A stretch of 64,000 nt of DNA from assembly GCA_031551135.1 (NCBI GenBank), contig JAVBOA010000008.1, positions 10,563 to 74,562 on the forward strand, in the 5' to 3' direction. The notes under the pieces are model-generated. The model searched no databases. It saw only the letters and a program-made list of their open reading frames with translations, and was not told where the DNA came from. The position numbers and the translations under genes were made by a program. The DNA is from Eubacteriales bacterium (GTDB lineage: Bacteria > Bacillota > Clostridia > Lachnospirales > JAITVM01). This document shows, in pieces, positions 1 to 8,198 of the stretch (its first letter is position 1; each line of letters begins with the position of its first letter).

Positions 1-501
1 TTTATTCAAAACATCATAAGTATCTTCCGGAGTATCATTCGTAACCCTTGTATTTCCGCGTACTTTTTTCAATATCGCCAAAAATCCCTCTTTATTTATA
101 CCGAATGTCTTGAAAATACCGGCAACAATTTTATTTGGTTTTTCTATAATCGAAAGCATGATATGTTCCACAGAAACATATTCATCTTTCATATTCGCCG
201 CCAATTTTTCCGCATTAGTCAGATTCGAATCAACATCTGCGGCGATATAAACCGTATTCATCGCCCTGCTCTGCCCCGAAACAACGGGTAATTTTGAAAT
301 CTCTGTTTCAATAATTTTCAATACACTTTCCGAATTTATGTTCATGCCCTGCAAAAGTTCTTTTATCAATCCGTTTTCTTGTTGGATTAAAGCCGCAAGC
401 AAGTGTAATTGTTCTATCTGCGAATTATTTTTTTCAATCGCCAAATTCTGCGCCGATTGTATTACTTCTACAGATTTTTGTGTAAATTTTTGAATATTCA
501 T
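1..501 (-). CDS. clpB: ClpB chaperone, N-terminal part only; the gene continues past the left edge of the window
   Basis: My own translation of the minus strand from ATG at 501: MNIQKFTQKSVEVIQSAQNLAIEKNNSQIEQLHLLAALIQQENGLIKELL...RGNTRVTNDTPEDTYDVLNK. This is the typical ClpB/Clp N-domain. The frame stays open to position 1. Confidence 0.8.
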   Translation of the reverse strand, partial: MNIQKFTQKSVEVIQSAQNLAIEKNNSQIEQLHLLAALIQQENGLIKELLQGMNINSESVLKIIETEISKLPVVSGQSRAMNTVYIAADVDSNLTNAEKLAANMKDEYVSVEHIMLSIIEKPNKIVAGIFKTFGINKEGFLAILKKVRGNTRVTNDTPEDTYDVLNK

Positions 502-506
502 ATATG

Positions 507-1100
507 TCACTCCATTTTATTTTTGTACAATATTTTTATTTTTTCATTATCACCGATAAAATATAATTTCAGTGATTCGTCGAAAGTGTTTATATATTCG
601 CCGATTCTGTAAGCGAAATTTTGATGATTCACAATATTTGTAAAGCGTCTTGTAAAGCGTGCGTTTCTTTCATCATGTATTATGTTTTCGTGATGCCCGG
701 ATTCCAATTCAATCCAAAATTCGAAAAAGCCGTTTAATCTCAAAAGCAGCAATGAATTTTGCGAACGTGAGCTGACTCGAAACTCTGCCGAATATTGTAA
801 ATCTTTTAAATTAATTTCTACAAAATATTTTATAGTCGGATTATATTTATAAAAAACAACGGTTTTCATAGCCAAGGTATTGACGCTTCTTTGAGGCTGT
901 ATCTGTATTTTTTCATTAACTTGCTTGACTATTTCCTCAAAAATCTTCCTAAAATTATCTTCCGGTGTTGTAAACATTAAATAATCAGCCAATATTTGAT
1001 TAATCAGCCCTGAGCGGTTTGTATTTTTTGAATATGCGATTTCGTCTATGCTTTTGACTATTTCTTCAATTAAAATAATTGAATAAATATTTTTTTTCAA
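507..1100 (-). CDS. Ribbon-helix-helix (CopG/Arc-like) N-terminal domain protein with an uncharacterised C-terminal domain
   Basis: 197-aa ORF. The N-terminus YSIILIEEIVKSIDEIAYSKNTNRSGLINQILADYL has a beta-strand / helix / helix RHH pattern. The stop lies 5 nt upstream of the clpB start on the same strand. Confidence 0.55.
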   Translation of the reverse strand: MKKNIYSIILIEEIVKSIDEIAYSKNTNRSGLINQILADYLMFTTPEDNFRKIFEEIVKQVNEKIQIQPQRSVNTLAMKTVVFYKYNPTIKYFVEINLKDLQYSAEFRVSSRSQNSLLLLRLNGFFEFWIELESGHHENIIHDERNARFTRRFTNIVNHQNFAYRIGEYINTFDESLKLYFIGDNEKIKILYKNKME

Positions 1101-1416
1101 ATCATCACCTCTTAACTTTGTAAATCAATTTATATAAACAGTAATACGAATTATTTATTTTATAGTATGAAATTCTGTAAAAAAAATTTAATATTTAATT
1201 GACCAAATAACTTTCGAGAATAGAAAAATCAACGGGAATATTGAACAAATTTCGGCATGTTCTGACAAAGTTCATATCTGCTATTTCCTAAAATCACTGG
1301 ATTTTTGGAGCATTTAACTGTTTTATCTCTATTTGTCATAAAAAACTAAATTTGTTATACTATAATAAATTCCATAGTGTCTTTTGTAAAAAATTTCGAT
1401 AATAAGAATATATAGT

Positions 1417-1532
1417 TATACTATTTTCATTATTAAGGATAGAAAAAAATATTTCATTTCACGCTTGAAGCATGCGTGAAACGCTCCGCTGTGAAAAATT
1501 TTTTTCTGCTTATCAAAATGAAAATAGTATTA
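1417..1532 (+). repeat. Palindromic intergenic repeat, full-length copy 1 (forward orientation)
   Basis: 116 nt: TATACTATTTTCATTATTAAGGATAGAAAAAAATATTTCATTTCACGCTTGAAGCATGCGTGAAACGCTCCGCTGTGAAAAATTTTTTTCTGCTTATCAAAATGAAAATAGTATTA. Near-identical to the copies at 26310 and 42018. Confidence 0.95.
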
Positions 1533-1534
1533 AA

Positions 1535-1543
1535 TGCTATAAT
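1535..1543 (+). promoter_or_regulatory. Candidate extended -10 promoter element (TGCTATAAT) abutting the right end of repeat copy 1
   Basis: Exact TGnTATAAT match about 134 nt upstream of the 1677 start codon. No good -35 hexamer was seen. Confidence 0.3.
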
Positions 1544-1676
1544 GTTTAATTCGAGATTTTTACAAATGCTGTAAATAATTAAACCCGTTATCGACTTGAA
1601 AATTATTTTGCGATTGACACAAATATCGTAAATCGGTCATTTGTTCCAACATGAATTGTTAGGAGGAGAAATCTTG

Positions 1677-2222
1677 ATGATTGGCAAAAAAAAGCTTGCA
1701 ACTTATGCTATGACAGGAGTTTTTATTGCTGCTACCGTAACCACCGTGATAGCTTCAAATGTAGCACCCGGCTCCGAATCCGACCCACTTGTAACAAAAT
1801 CTTACGTTGATACAAAGTTTGAAGAATTAAAGTCTTTAATAAGCAGCTCGAACTCTGGCGCGCCGCTTTCTGAAACTTCTGCAATACTGAGTGATGAAGA
1901 CAGGCAAAAAATCATAACAGAAGTTTTGGCAAAAATTGAAACTGCTCAGGCTGCCGAGAGCCATTTCGTGCCGGTAAAAGTAAACAAAGGCAAAGTTTTG
2001 ATGGGCAGAGAGGGAACTGAAATCATTCTTCGAACCGGACGAGCTTTTGTTTATTCTAAAACAGAAAACGGAGTTTCTGACTTGACTGCCGGAAAAGACT
2101 TGCCAAATGGAGAAAGTGTTACTAAAAACCACTATATGGTTGTTCCGAGAGATGATAATCGAGGAGTTATCCCGATTTCAGACTGTTGGTTCATGGTAAA
2201 AGGAGATTATGAAATCAAATAG
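1677..2222 (+). CDS. Hypothetical membrane-anchored protein (one N-terminal TM helix)
   Basis: AGGAGG at 1661-1666 precedes ATG 1677, giving MIGKKKLATYAMTGVFIAATVTTVIASNV. I do not recognise a domain. It lies immediately upstream of the large surface protein gene. Confidence 0.6.
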   Translation: MIGKKKLATYAMTGVFIAATVTTVIASNVAPGSESDPLVTKSYVDTKFEELKSLISSSNSGAPLSETSAILSDEDRQKIITEVLAKIETAQAAESHFVPVKVNKGKVLMGREGTEIILRTGRAFVYSKTENGVSDLTAGKDLPNGESVTKNHYMVVPRDDNRGVIPISDCWFMVKGDYEIK

Positions 2223-2293
2223 TGATTGCTTTGCTGAAAATCAGAGTTATTTTCAGAAAGGATAAAGCTTGTATTTAAAAAAGTGAGGTAAAA

Positions 2294-5095
2294 ATGAAAA
2301 GAATATTTAAAAAATCTGCTTCAGTAATTGTTTTTCTTACGTTTTTTTTCGTGAACTGTTATGTAGCGAACGCGGCCTATTTACTATTCGAAAAAACTAA
2401 GGTCGAAGATATTTCAAAAGGAGTTACATACTCAAAAATTAATCAAGTAACAAGCGATGGACTTAGGGATATCCACGTAATAAAGGTTCCTACAAAAGAC
2501 CCTAATATTAAAATAAAAAATAAATCTTCCGCAAAAGATTATGAATTAAAAGAAACTACAAGCCAATTAGTGAATTCTGAACAGGACGCTTTAGGCGGCG
2601 TAAACGGAGATTTTTTTGTTTTAAACGGAAGCCATTCTGTGGCACAGGGCGCGACTGTTGAAAATAATTCGCTCGTATCCACCGACAATTTAAATAATTT
2701 GAATAAAAACGAATATTCGACTTTTTGTTTGACCAGCGACGGAAGTCCGTTTATCGACTATATCAAAACAGATATAGATTTTTTAAACAACGGTGTGGAA
2801 AATATTAAAGTTCATTACATGAACAAATATCCAGAAATTACTTACCCGATTTATATGGATGCAAGGGCGATGTCTGATACAAGCCCCGTTGATTCGGTTT
2901 TTCCGAATGTTACGAAAATTATTGTTCAAGACAATAAAATTACCGGTATTTCCCAAAAAGGCGAAACCGTTAAAATTCCGCAAAACGGCTATGTAATAAT
3001 GATTTCCGAACAATCAATCGATTATATTAAAACTTTAGTAAAAGTCGGTGATAAAGCCGAAGTAAAAATTAATGCAAATATTGATTATAACGCTCTTGAA
3101 ACAGCTATCGGCGGCGGCGGTAAACTGCTATCAGGCGGAAAAACCGTTGCAGACAGCGGATTTTATATAAAAGGCAGACAGCCGAGAACAGCAATCGGTA
3201 TCAACAAAGACGGAAACGAAATATTTTTAGTTGTTGTGGACGGCAGAACACATAGTATCGGCGCAACACATGACGAACTTGCCTCGATAATGCAGCGTAT
3301 CGGCGCATATGAAGCTATGCATTTGGACGGCGGCGGCTCCTCGACTATGGTTGTTAAAAAAGACGTTCAAGACAATACAAATGTCGTGAATACGCCTTCC
3401 GAAGGCTATGAGCGCAAAATAATCAACGCTCTCGGTGTTTACAATAAATCCGAAACCGGCGAATTAAAGACCATTAAAATTATCGCAAACGACAAAGTTA
3501 TAAAAGGTTCAGGCTTGAAATATTCTGTTATTGGTTTTGATGATTATTTAAATAAAATAGAGCTTGACCAAGCTCAAATAAGCGTTTTTTCTAGCGATAC
3601 AAACGCAAAATATTCAAACTCAACTTTTTATCCGTCTGTTGCTGGAAATATCAAGCTGACCGCAGTATATAAAAATCTTTCTTATGATTTAAATATTATT
3701 TCGCTGAATGTTTCGTCTTTGATTCCGAATATTCAAAAAATCAAAACCGATATCGGCGTTAAAAACGAAATTTATATGAGCGGAAAAGCAAGCAACGGAA
3801 ATACGGTTTCTATAAATGATAGTCTAAAATACGAGCTTGTTCCCGCCGATTTAGGCAAAATGGAAAACAATGTATTTACTGCAGCAAAAAACGGAAACGG
3901 TTATATAAAAGTAACGTATAACGATATTGTTTCTTATATCGATGTTTCTGTCGGCAAAAAATCAGTACGCCTGTCGCCATTCGATGATGTCGGAAATTTC
4001 GCTTTTGAGGGTTCCTCAAAAGATGTTACCGGAAATGCGTACCATGCAAAAGAGTTTGTTGCCGACGGCGGAGTTTCTATTGCACTCAAATACAAATTCC
4101 CGATTCTCGACAAAACTCAAGCGGCTTATATAGTTTTTAAAGATAAAATTCAATTGAAAAACGACCCAAGCAATATTAAGCTTACGGTTTTCGGCGATAA
4201 TTCTAAAAATTGGCTCAGGGCGAAAATCGTTGACTCGAATAAAAGCGAATTTATTTTAGACCTTGCCAAAGAAATCGATTGGAGCGGCAAAAAAGAAGTA
4301 ACTGCGGCGATTCCGGGCAATGTAAAATATCCGATTTATTTGGAGCGGATTTATCTTGCGTCTTTATCCAATCAATCGGATAAAGAAAGCGTTATCTACG
4401 TTGACCAATTGATGGGTGAAGTCTATTACAATGATTTCTTGGAACATCCGGCAAGCACGGCGTATTGGGATAATTTTAATAAAGATTTAACAAAAGAAAA
4501 TATTCCAAACAGTTTTGATATTACCGCTATCGGAAATATCACCGCCGCCAAAAAACCTGCCAATTATTCCGAAACTCAGAAAAAAGCTGTAGCTTCGCTT
4601 GTAAATAATACAAAAAAAGCGTTATTGATTGGCGCTAACGATTATCCGAATGATTTCGGCGTTCCGATTTTAAAAGCCGGTAAAAACTATACTTTTTATA
4701 CCGAAGGAAATACCGGACTTGTTACAATGAACGCAAACACTGGAAATCTTTACGATTCGAATTTGGATCAATGGCAAAATATCGATAAAGATATCAAGGA
4801 AAAAAACAAAAATAATCTTATTATAATGATGGACAGAAGTCCGTTAAATTTAAGACAGCCGAAAGAATTTGAGTTCTTTCACGATATTCTGTCTCAGCAC
4901 GCTAAAAACGGAAAAAATATTTTTGTAGTCTCTGCGGAAGGCGCATATAATACGGTCGAAGTTCGTGACGGTATACGATATATCAATCTCGGTGCGCTCT
5001 ACAACTCTAGCGGTGAAATAAACAACGACTTTAGAGTACTCCGTTTTAGAATTGCAAATGATAATATTTATTACGATTTACAAAAAGTATTCTAA
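2294..5095 (+). CDS. Secreted multidomain protein with a phosphodiester glycosidase (NAGPA / DUF2233-like) domain
   Basis: 933 aa with an N-terminal signal-like segment. Motifs GGVNGDFF, RTAIGINKDGNEIFLVVVDGR and AMHLDGGGSSTMV are typical of the phosphodiester glycosidase family. Ig-like segments and an unassigned C-terminal region follow. Confidence 0.75.
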   Translation: MKRIFKKSASVIVFLTFFFVNCYVANAAYLLFEKTKVEDISKGVTYSKINQVTSDGLRDIHVIKVPTKDPNIKIKNKSSAKDYELKETTSQLVNSEQDALGGVNGDFFVLNGSHSVAQGATVENNSLVSTDNLNNLNKNEYSTFCLTSDGSPFIDYIKTDIDFLNNGVENIKVHYMNKYPEITYPIYMDARAMSDTSPVDSVFPNVTKIIVQDNKITGISQKGETVKIPQNGYVIMISEQSIDYIKTLVKVGDKAEVKINANIDYNALETAIGGGGKLLSGGKTVADSGFYIKGRQPRTAIGINKDGNEIFLVVVDGRTHSIGATHDELASIMQRIGAYEAMHLDGGGSSTMVVKKDVQDNTNVVNTPSEGYERKIINALGVYNKSETGELKTIKIIANDKVIKGSGLKYSVIGFDDYLNKIELDQAQISVFSSDTNAKYSNSTFYPSVAGNIKLTAVYKNLSYDLNIISLNVSSLIPNIQKIKTDIGVKNEIYMSGKASNGNTVSINDSLKYELVPADLGKMENNVFTAAKNGNGYIKVTYNDIVSYIDVSVGKKSVRLSPFDDVGNFAFEGSSKDVTGNAYHAKEFVADGGVSIALKYKFPILDKTQAAYIVFKDKIQLKNDPSNIKLTVFGDNSKNWLRAKIVDSNKSEFILDLAKEIDWSGKKEVTAAIPGNVKYPIYLERIYLASLSNQSDKESVIYVDQLMGEVYYNDFLEHPASTAYWDNFNKDLTKENIPNSFDITAIGNITAAKKPANYSETQKKAVASLVNNTKKALLIGANDYPNDFGVPILKAGKNYTFYTEGNTGLVTMNANTGNLYDSNLDQWQNIDKDIKEKNKNNLIIMMDRSPLNLRQPKEFEFFHDILSQHAKNGKNIFVVSAEGAYNTVEVRDGIRYINLGALYNSSGEINNDFRVLRFRIANDNIYYDLQKVF

Positions 5096-5100
5096 TATCC

Positions 5101-5126
5101 GGGCAGACTTTTGTCTGCCCTTTTTT
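5101..5126. terminator. Bidirectional intrinsic terminator
   Basis: GGGCAGAC-TTTT-GTCTGCCC followed by TTTTTT, placed between convergent genes ending at 5095 (+) and 5125 (-). Confidence 0.8.
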
Positions 5127-5298
5127 AATCATCGCCGCGCAAAAGATTTTCGGCATAATCTTTCAAAGATTCAAAAGAATTAATATTGTCCGACCTGGAA
5201 GAAATCTGTTCCTTTACAAATCCCGGAAGAGAGTTAAAATAAGACTTTGCTTCCGTTTCGTTATCGATCAACAATGTCAAATTATCATAATGTCTCAC
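5125..5298 (-). CDS. Small hypothetical protein (~57 aa)
   Basis: ORF ...RHYDNLTLLIDNETEAKSYFNSLPGFVKEQISSRSDNINSFESLKDYAENLLRGDD. GAGGTG lies 6 nt before the GTG at 5298, whereas the track start at 5307 overlaps the RBS. Confidence 0.4.
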   Translation of the reverse strand: MRHYDNLTLLIDNETEAKSYFNSLPGFVKEQISSRSDNINSFESLKDYAENLLRGDD

Positions 5299-5345
5299 AT
5301 AAATCACCTCAGGAATATTATTTGTTAATCAAAATTTTCTATTCA

Positions 5346-6680
5346 TTAAATTTCAAAATTATGATTATAATCCAAAGAATCTCCGATAAAATCGTCCATT
5401 GTATCTATATCGCTTGTGTTTGGTTCTGAATTGTGTTTTTTTAATTCCAAAAACTCATAATTAAGTTCAGCCAATTCATCGTTTTTATTTTTCAATAATG
5501 TTGTCATCGAAATTATTTGCCTGTCTTTTTCTTCTAGCATGCGTTTCGCCATAAGCAATTGATTTTTCATTTTAGATAAATATTCTTTCAATTCATTTAT
5601 TTCGCCTTGATATTCATCTTCATTCTGAACTTTAATTTGTTTTTCCACTCTCTCGGCGGTTTTTAGGGCGACCGGAAAAAAATCATTTACTAAATTCGGT
5701 ATTATTTGTATATCCCAAGGTTTTTCAGAATTAACTAAAATTTCACGCAAAAAATAATCGCTTTCATCTAATTTATATTCAGAAATAAAAAACGCTTTTT
5801 CCGATTCTGCTGAAAATTTGCCTTTTGCTTCCGCCGGTTTTTCGAAAGTTTCGCCTAAATCATTCGAAATAATTTCCAAAGGATTATTGTTCGAAATACA
5901 ATAAATATAAAGTTTATCTTTGATTATCGATAAAACACATTTGCTGAGCCTTTGAGCTTCCCATAAAACTTTCGGTTTTGTAAATCCGTTGTCGGTTTTT
6001 TTTCTGTAAATCAATTGTGATGAAAAATAAGTTTTTACAATATAACAAAAATGAATTTCTTCATTCGTCGTCAAAAAAGACTGGTCTCGTATCTGAAAAG
6101 TTGTTTGATGAAAAACATTAAACGGTCCTTGCAAAGAGGAGGTCAATTCCCGATATCCTATCCTAAGTTCTCCTGTACGGTTTTGGTAAAATAATAAAAC
6201 ATGGTCTTTAGCCACTTGCTGGACTTGAAAAATACTATTTTGCAATTGAATATAATTATCTATATTAACCGGCTCTGACCATTTACCAAGATTATTTATT
6301 GATTGGCTCACCAAAAAACCCGGCCTGTTGTCGCTTTCGGGAACATTATAAATCAGTGTTATGTTGTTTTCCGAAATTATCGGATAAAAAATTACTTTAT
6401 TGATTTTTTTAGATTTGTTTTCTAAAATCAGCTTATTTTTCCAAACGCCGTCAGGGTTTGTACAAACAAATAAATTTCCGCCGATATCTTGGCAAAAAAT
6501 ATATATCGTACGGTCCTCAGCCAATGAAACGGTGTAATTTTCGAGAGCGTTTCTGAAAATAACTTCGGTTTTCGACCAATAATTATTTTCGTAAACTTTA
6601 TATGCAATTCCTTCGTCGTTCAAATAAAAAAAACAAATTAATTTATCTTTTTTCAATTTTACAATATAAGTATTTTCCAT
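5346..6680 (-). CDS. Hypothetical cytoplasmic protein: repeated beta-rich N-terminal region plus C-terminal coiled coil
   Basis: AAGGTGG lies 5 nt before the ATG at 6680. Blade-like strand motifs recur (IYIFCQD, ITLIYN, VLLFYQN, IHFCYIV, LYIYCIS). The C-terminus EINELKEYLSKMKNQLLMAKRMLEEKDRQ...ELAELNYEFLELKK is heptad-like. No signal peptide. Confidence 0.6.
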   Translation of the reverse strand: MENTYIVKLKKDKLICFFYLNDEGIAYKVYENNYWSKTEVIFRNALENYTVSLAEDRTIYIFCQDIGGNLFVCTNPDGVWKNKLILENKSKKINKVIFYPIISENNITLIYNVPESDNRPGFLVSQSINNLGKWSEPVNIDNYIQLQNSIFQVQQVAKDHVLLFYQNRTGELRIGYRELTSSLQGPFNVFHQTTFQIRDQSFLTTNEEIHFCYIVKTYFSSQLIYRKKTDNGFTKPKVLWEAQRLSKCVLSIIKDKLYIYCISNNNPLEIISNDLGETFEKPAEAKGKFSAESEKAFFISEYKLDESDYFLREILVNSEKPWDIQIIPNLVNDFFPVALKTAERVEKQIKVQNEDEYQGEINELKEYLSKMKNQLLMAKRMLEEKDRQIISMTTLLKNKNDELAELNYEFLELKKHNSEPNTSDIDTMDDFIGDSLDYNHNFEI

Positions 6681-6750
6681 AATATCCACCTTCTTATATT
6701 TTATGGATATTATAATGTATGCTTATAAAATTGAATGTTGAACCAAAATT

Positions 6751-7227
6751 CTAAATTTTACCGGTAACCAAGCTGCAGATTTTTTCCAGATAAATTTTTT
6801 CTTCTTCTCCAAAACGATTGTATTCGGGGCTATCCAAATCCAAAACTCCAAAAAGCTCTCCGTCTTTTAAAATAGGAATAACAATTTCGGATTTTGATGC
6901 CGAATCGCAGGCGATATGCCCCGGAAAAGAATTTACATCATCAACAATAATAGTTTTCTTATTTTCGGCGGCAGTTCCGCAAACCCCTTTGCCCAATTTT
7001 ATTCTGATACACGCGGGCAAACCTTGAAATGGTCCCAAAACTAACTCAGAGTCTCTTAAAATATAAAACCCGACCCAATTGATTCGGTCAAAATATACAT
7101 TTATAACAGCAGAAATATTCGCTAAGTTGGCAATTATATCTTCTTCATCAAAAATAATATATTCGACAGTTTTCACCATCAATTTTAAATTTTCTTCTTT
7201 ATTATCTGATTTTTGTAATTCAAACAT
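6751..7227 (-). CDS. msrC: GAF domain protein, free methionine-(R)-sulfoxide reductase (MsrC/YebR) family
   Basis: NWVGFYIL...LGPFQGLPACIRIKLGKGVCGTAAENKKTIIVDDVNSFPGHIACDSASKSEIVIPI is collinear with the YebR/MsrC family. GGGAGA RBS is present. Confidence 0.8.
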   Translation of the reverse strand: MFELQKSDNKEENLKLMVKTVEYIIFDEEDIIANLANISAVINVYFDRINWVGFYILRDSELVLGPFQGLPACIRIKLGKGVCGTAAENKKTIIVDDVNSFPGHIACDSASKSEIVIPILKDGELFGVLDLDSPEYNRFGEEEKIYLEKICSLVTGKI

Positions 7228-7644
7228 TTTTATTCTCCCAAATATGTATTTTTATCCATTTTGCAAAATTTTACACAGAACATAATCAATACTAAAAATC
7301 TCTTGTTTAATAATACTAATTTTACACAAAAAAAAATTAGTTGTATATCCTAAATTTTTTTTAGTATCTATAATTTTTTTTTGACTTTCGTCAAATTTTT
7401 ATGTATGATAGATATTAGGTCTAATTCCAGAAGTTAATATTGGAATGTTTGGTTTTTTTAGTTTATTATCGCCAAAATTAAAAATCATAGCGGTTTAATT
7501 TTTCGCCAAACTATGTTTAATTTTATCGTATACTAACGAATGAAAACAAGCTTCATATCCGTTTCTATCTGCCTAGCCGCACGGTATGGATGTTAAATTC
7601 TTGTCATTCGCCGGTATATAAACTAAAAAATCGAATCCCCTTTT

Positions 7645-7758
7645 GATACTATTTCCGTTCGAAAGAATAAAAAAAAATATTTCATTTTGCGCTGAAGCAA
7701 TGTGCGTAACGCTCAGCTATGGAATGTTTTTTTCTATACCAAAATGCAAATAGTATAA
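7645..7758 (+). repeat. Palindromic intergenic repeat, diverged full-length copy 2 (forward)
   Basis: GATACTATTTCCGTTCGAAAGAATAAAAAAAAATATTTCATTTTGCGCTGAAGCAATGTGCGTAACGCTCAGCTATGGAATGTTTTTTTCTATACCAAAATGCAAATAGTATAA. Same architecture as the consensus, with many substitutions. Confidence 0.8.
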
Positions 7759-7871
7759 GTTTAGGTTTTAGTAAATCTCTACATATTTCTGAAAACAGCC
7801 CTGCTGTTTTTAAAAATATAAGTATTTTTAATTTCTATAAGCCCATAATAAAACAAAAAGGTGGTGATATC

Positions 7872-8198
7872 TTGGCAAAAGAAGCTCTTCAAAAAATAAA
7901 GGAGGCAGAGGAAAAATCTTCTTTAGCTATCTCAAACGCGAAAAAACAAGCAGAAGAAATTCTGCTAAAAGCAAAAGAGGAAGAGGAAAAAATTTTGAAT
8001 ACAGCTAAAAAAGAAAGCCAATTCTTAAAAGACGGAATTATTAAAAAAGAAATCTTGGACGCTAAACAGGCGTACGAGCCGACTCTTTTAGGTGGCGAAG
8101 CAAAAATTGCCGCTCTGGAGAATTTGGAAGATGCAAAAATAAAATCAGCTGTAAATCTTATTGTAGAAAGGATTGTGAATATCAGTGGCAATAGTTAA
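7872..8198 (+). CDS. ntpF: V-type ATPase small peripheral-stalk subunit (E. hirae NtpF / subunit G-H-like)
   Basis: TTG at 7872 is preceded by AAAAGGTGGTGA. The product is a lysine/glutamate-rich coiled-coil protein, LAKEALQKIKEAEEKSS..., and is the first gene of the ntp operon. The longer track ORF from 7719 starts inside repeat copy 2. Confidence 0.7.
   Translation: MAKEALQKIKEAEEKSSLAISNAKKQAEEILLKAKEEEEKILNTAKKESQFLKDGIIKKEILDAKQAYEPTLLGGEAKIAALENLEDAKIKSAVNLIVERIVNISGNS

Noticed and set aside
7719-7871. N-terminal 51 codons of the track ORF 7719-8198.
   Set aside because: This part starts inside repeat copy 2 and encodes an implausible sequence (MECFFLYQNANS...). A strong RBS precedes the TTG at 7872, where the coiled-coil stalk subunit begins.
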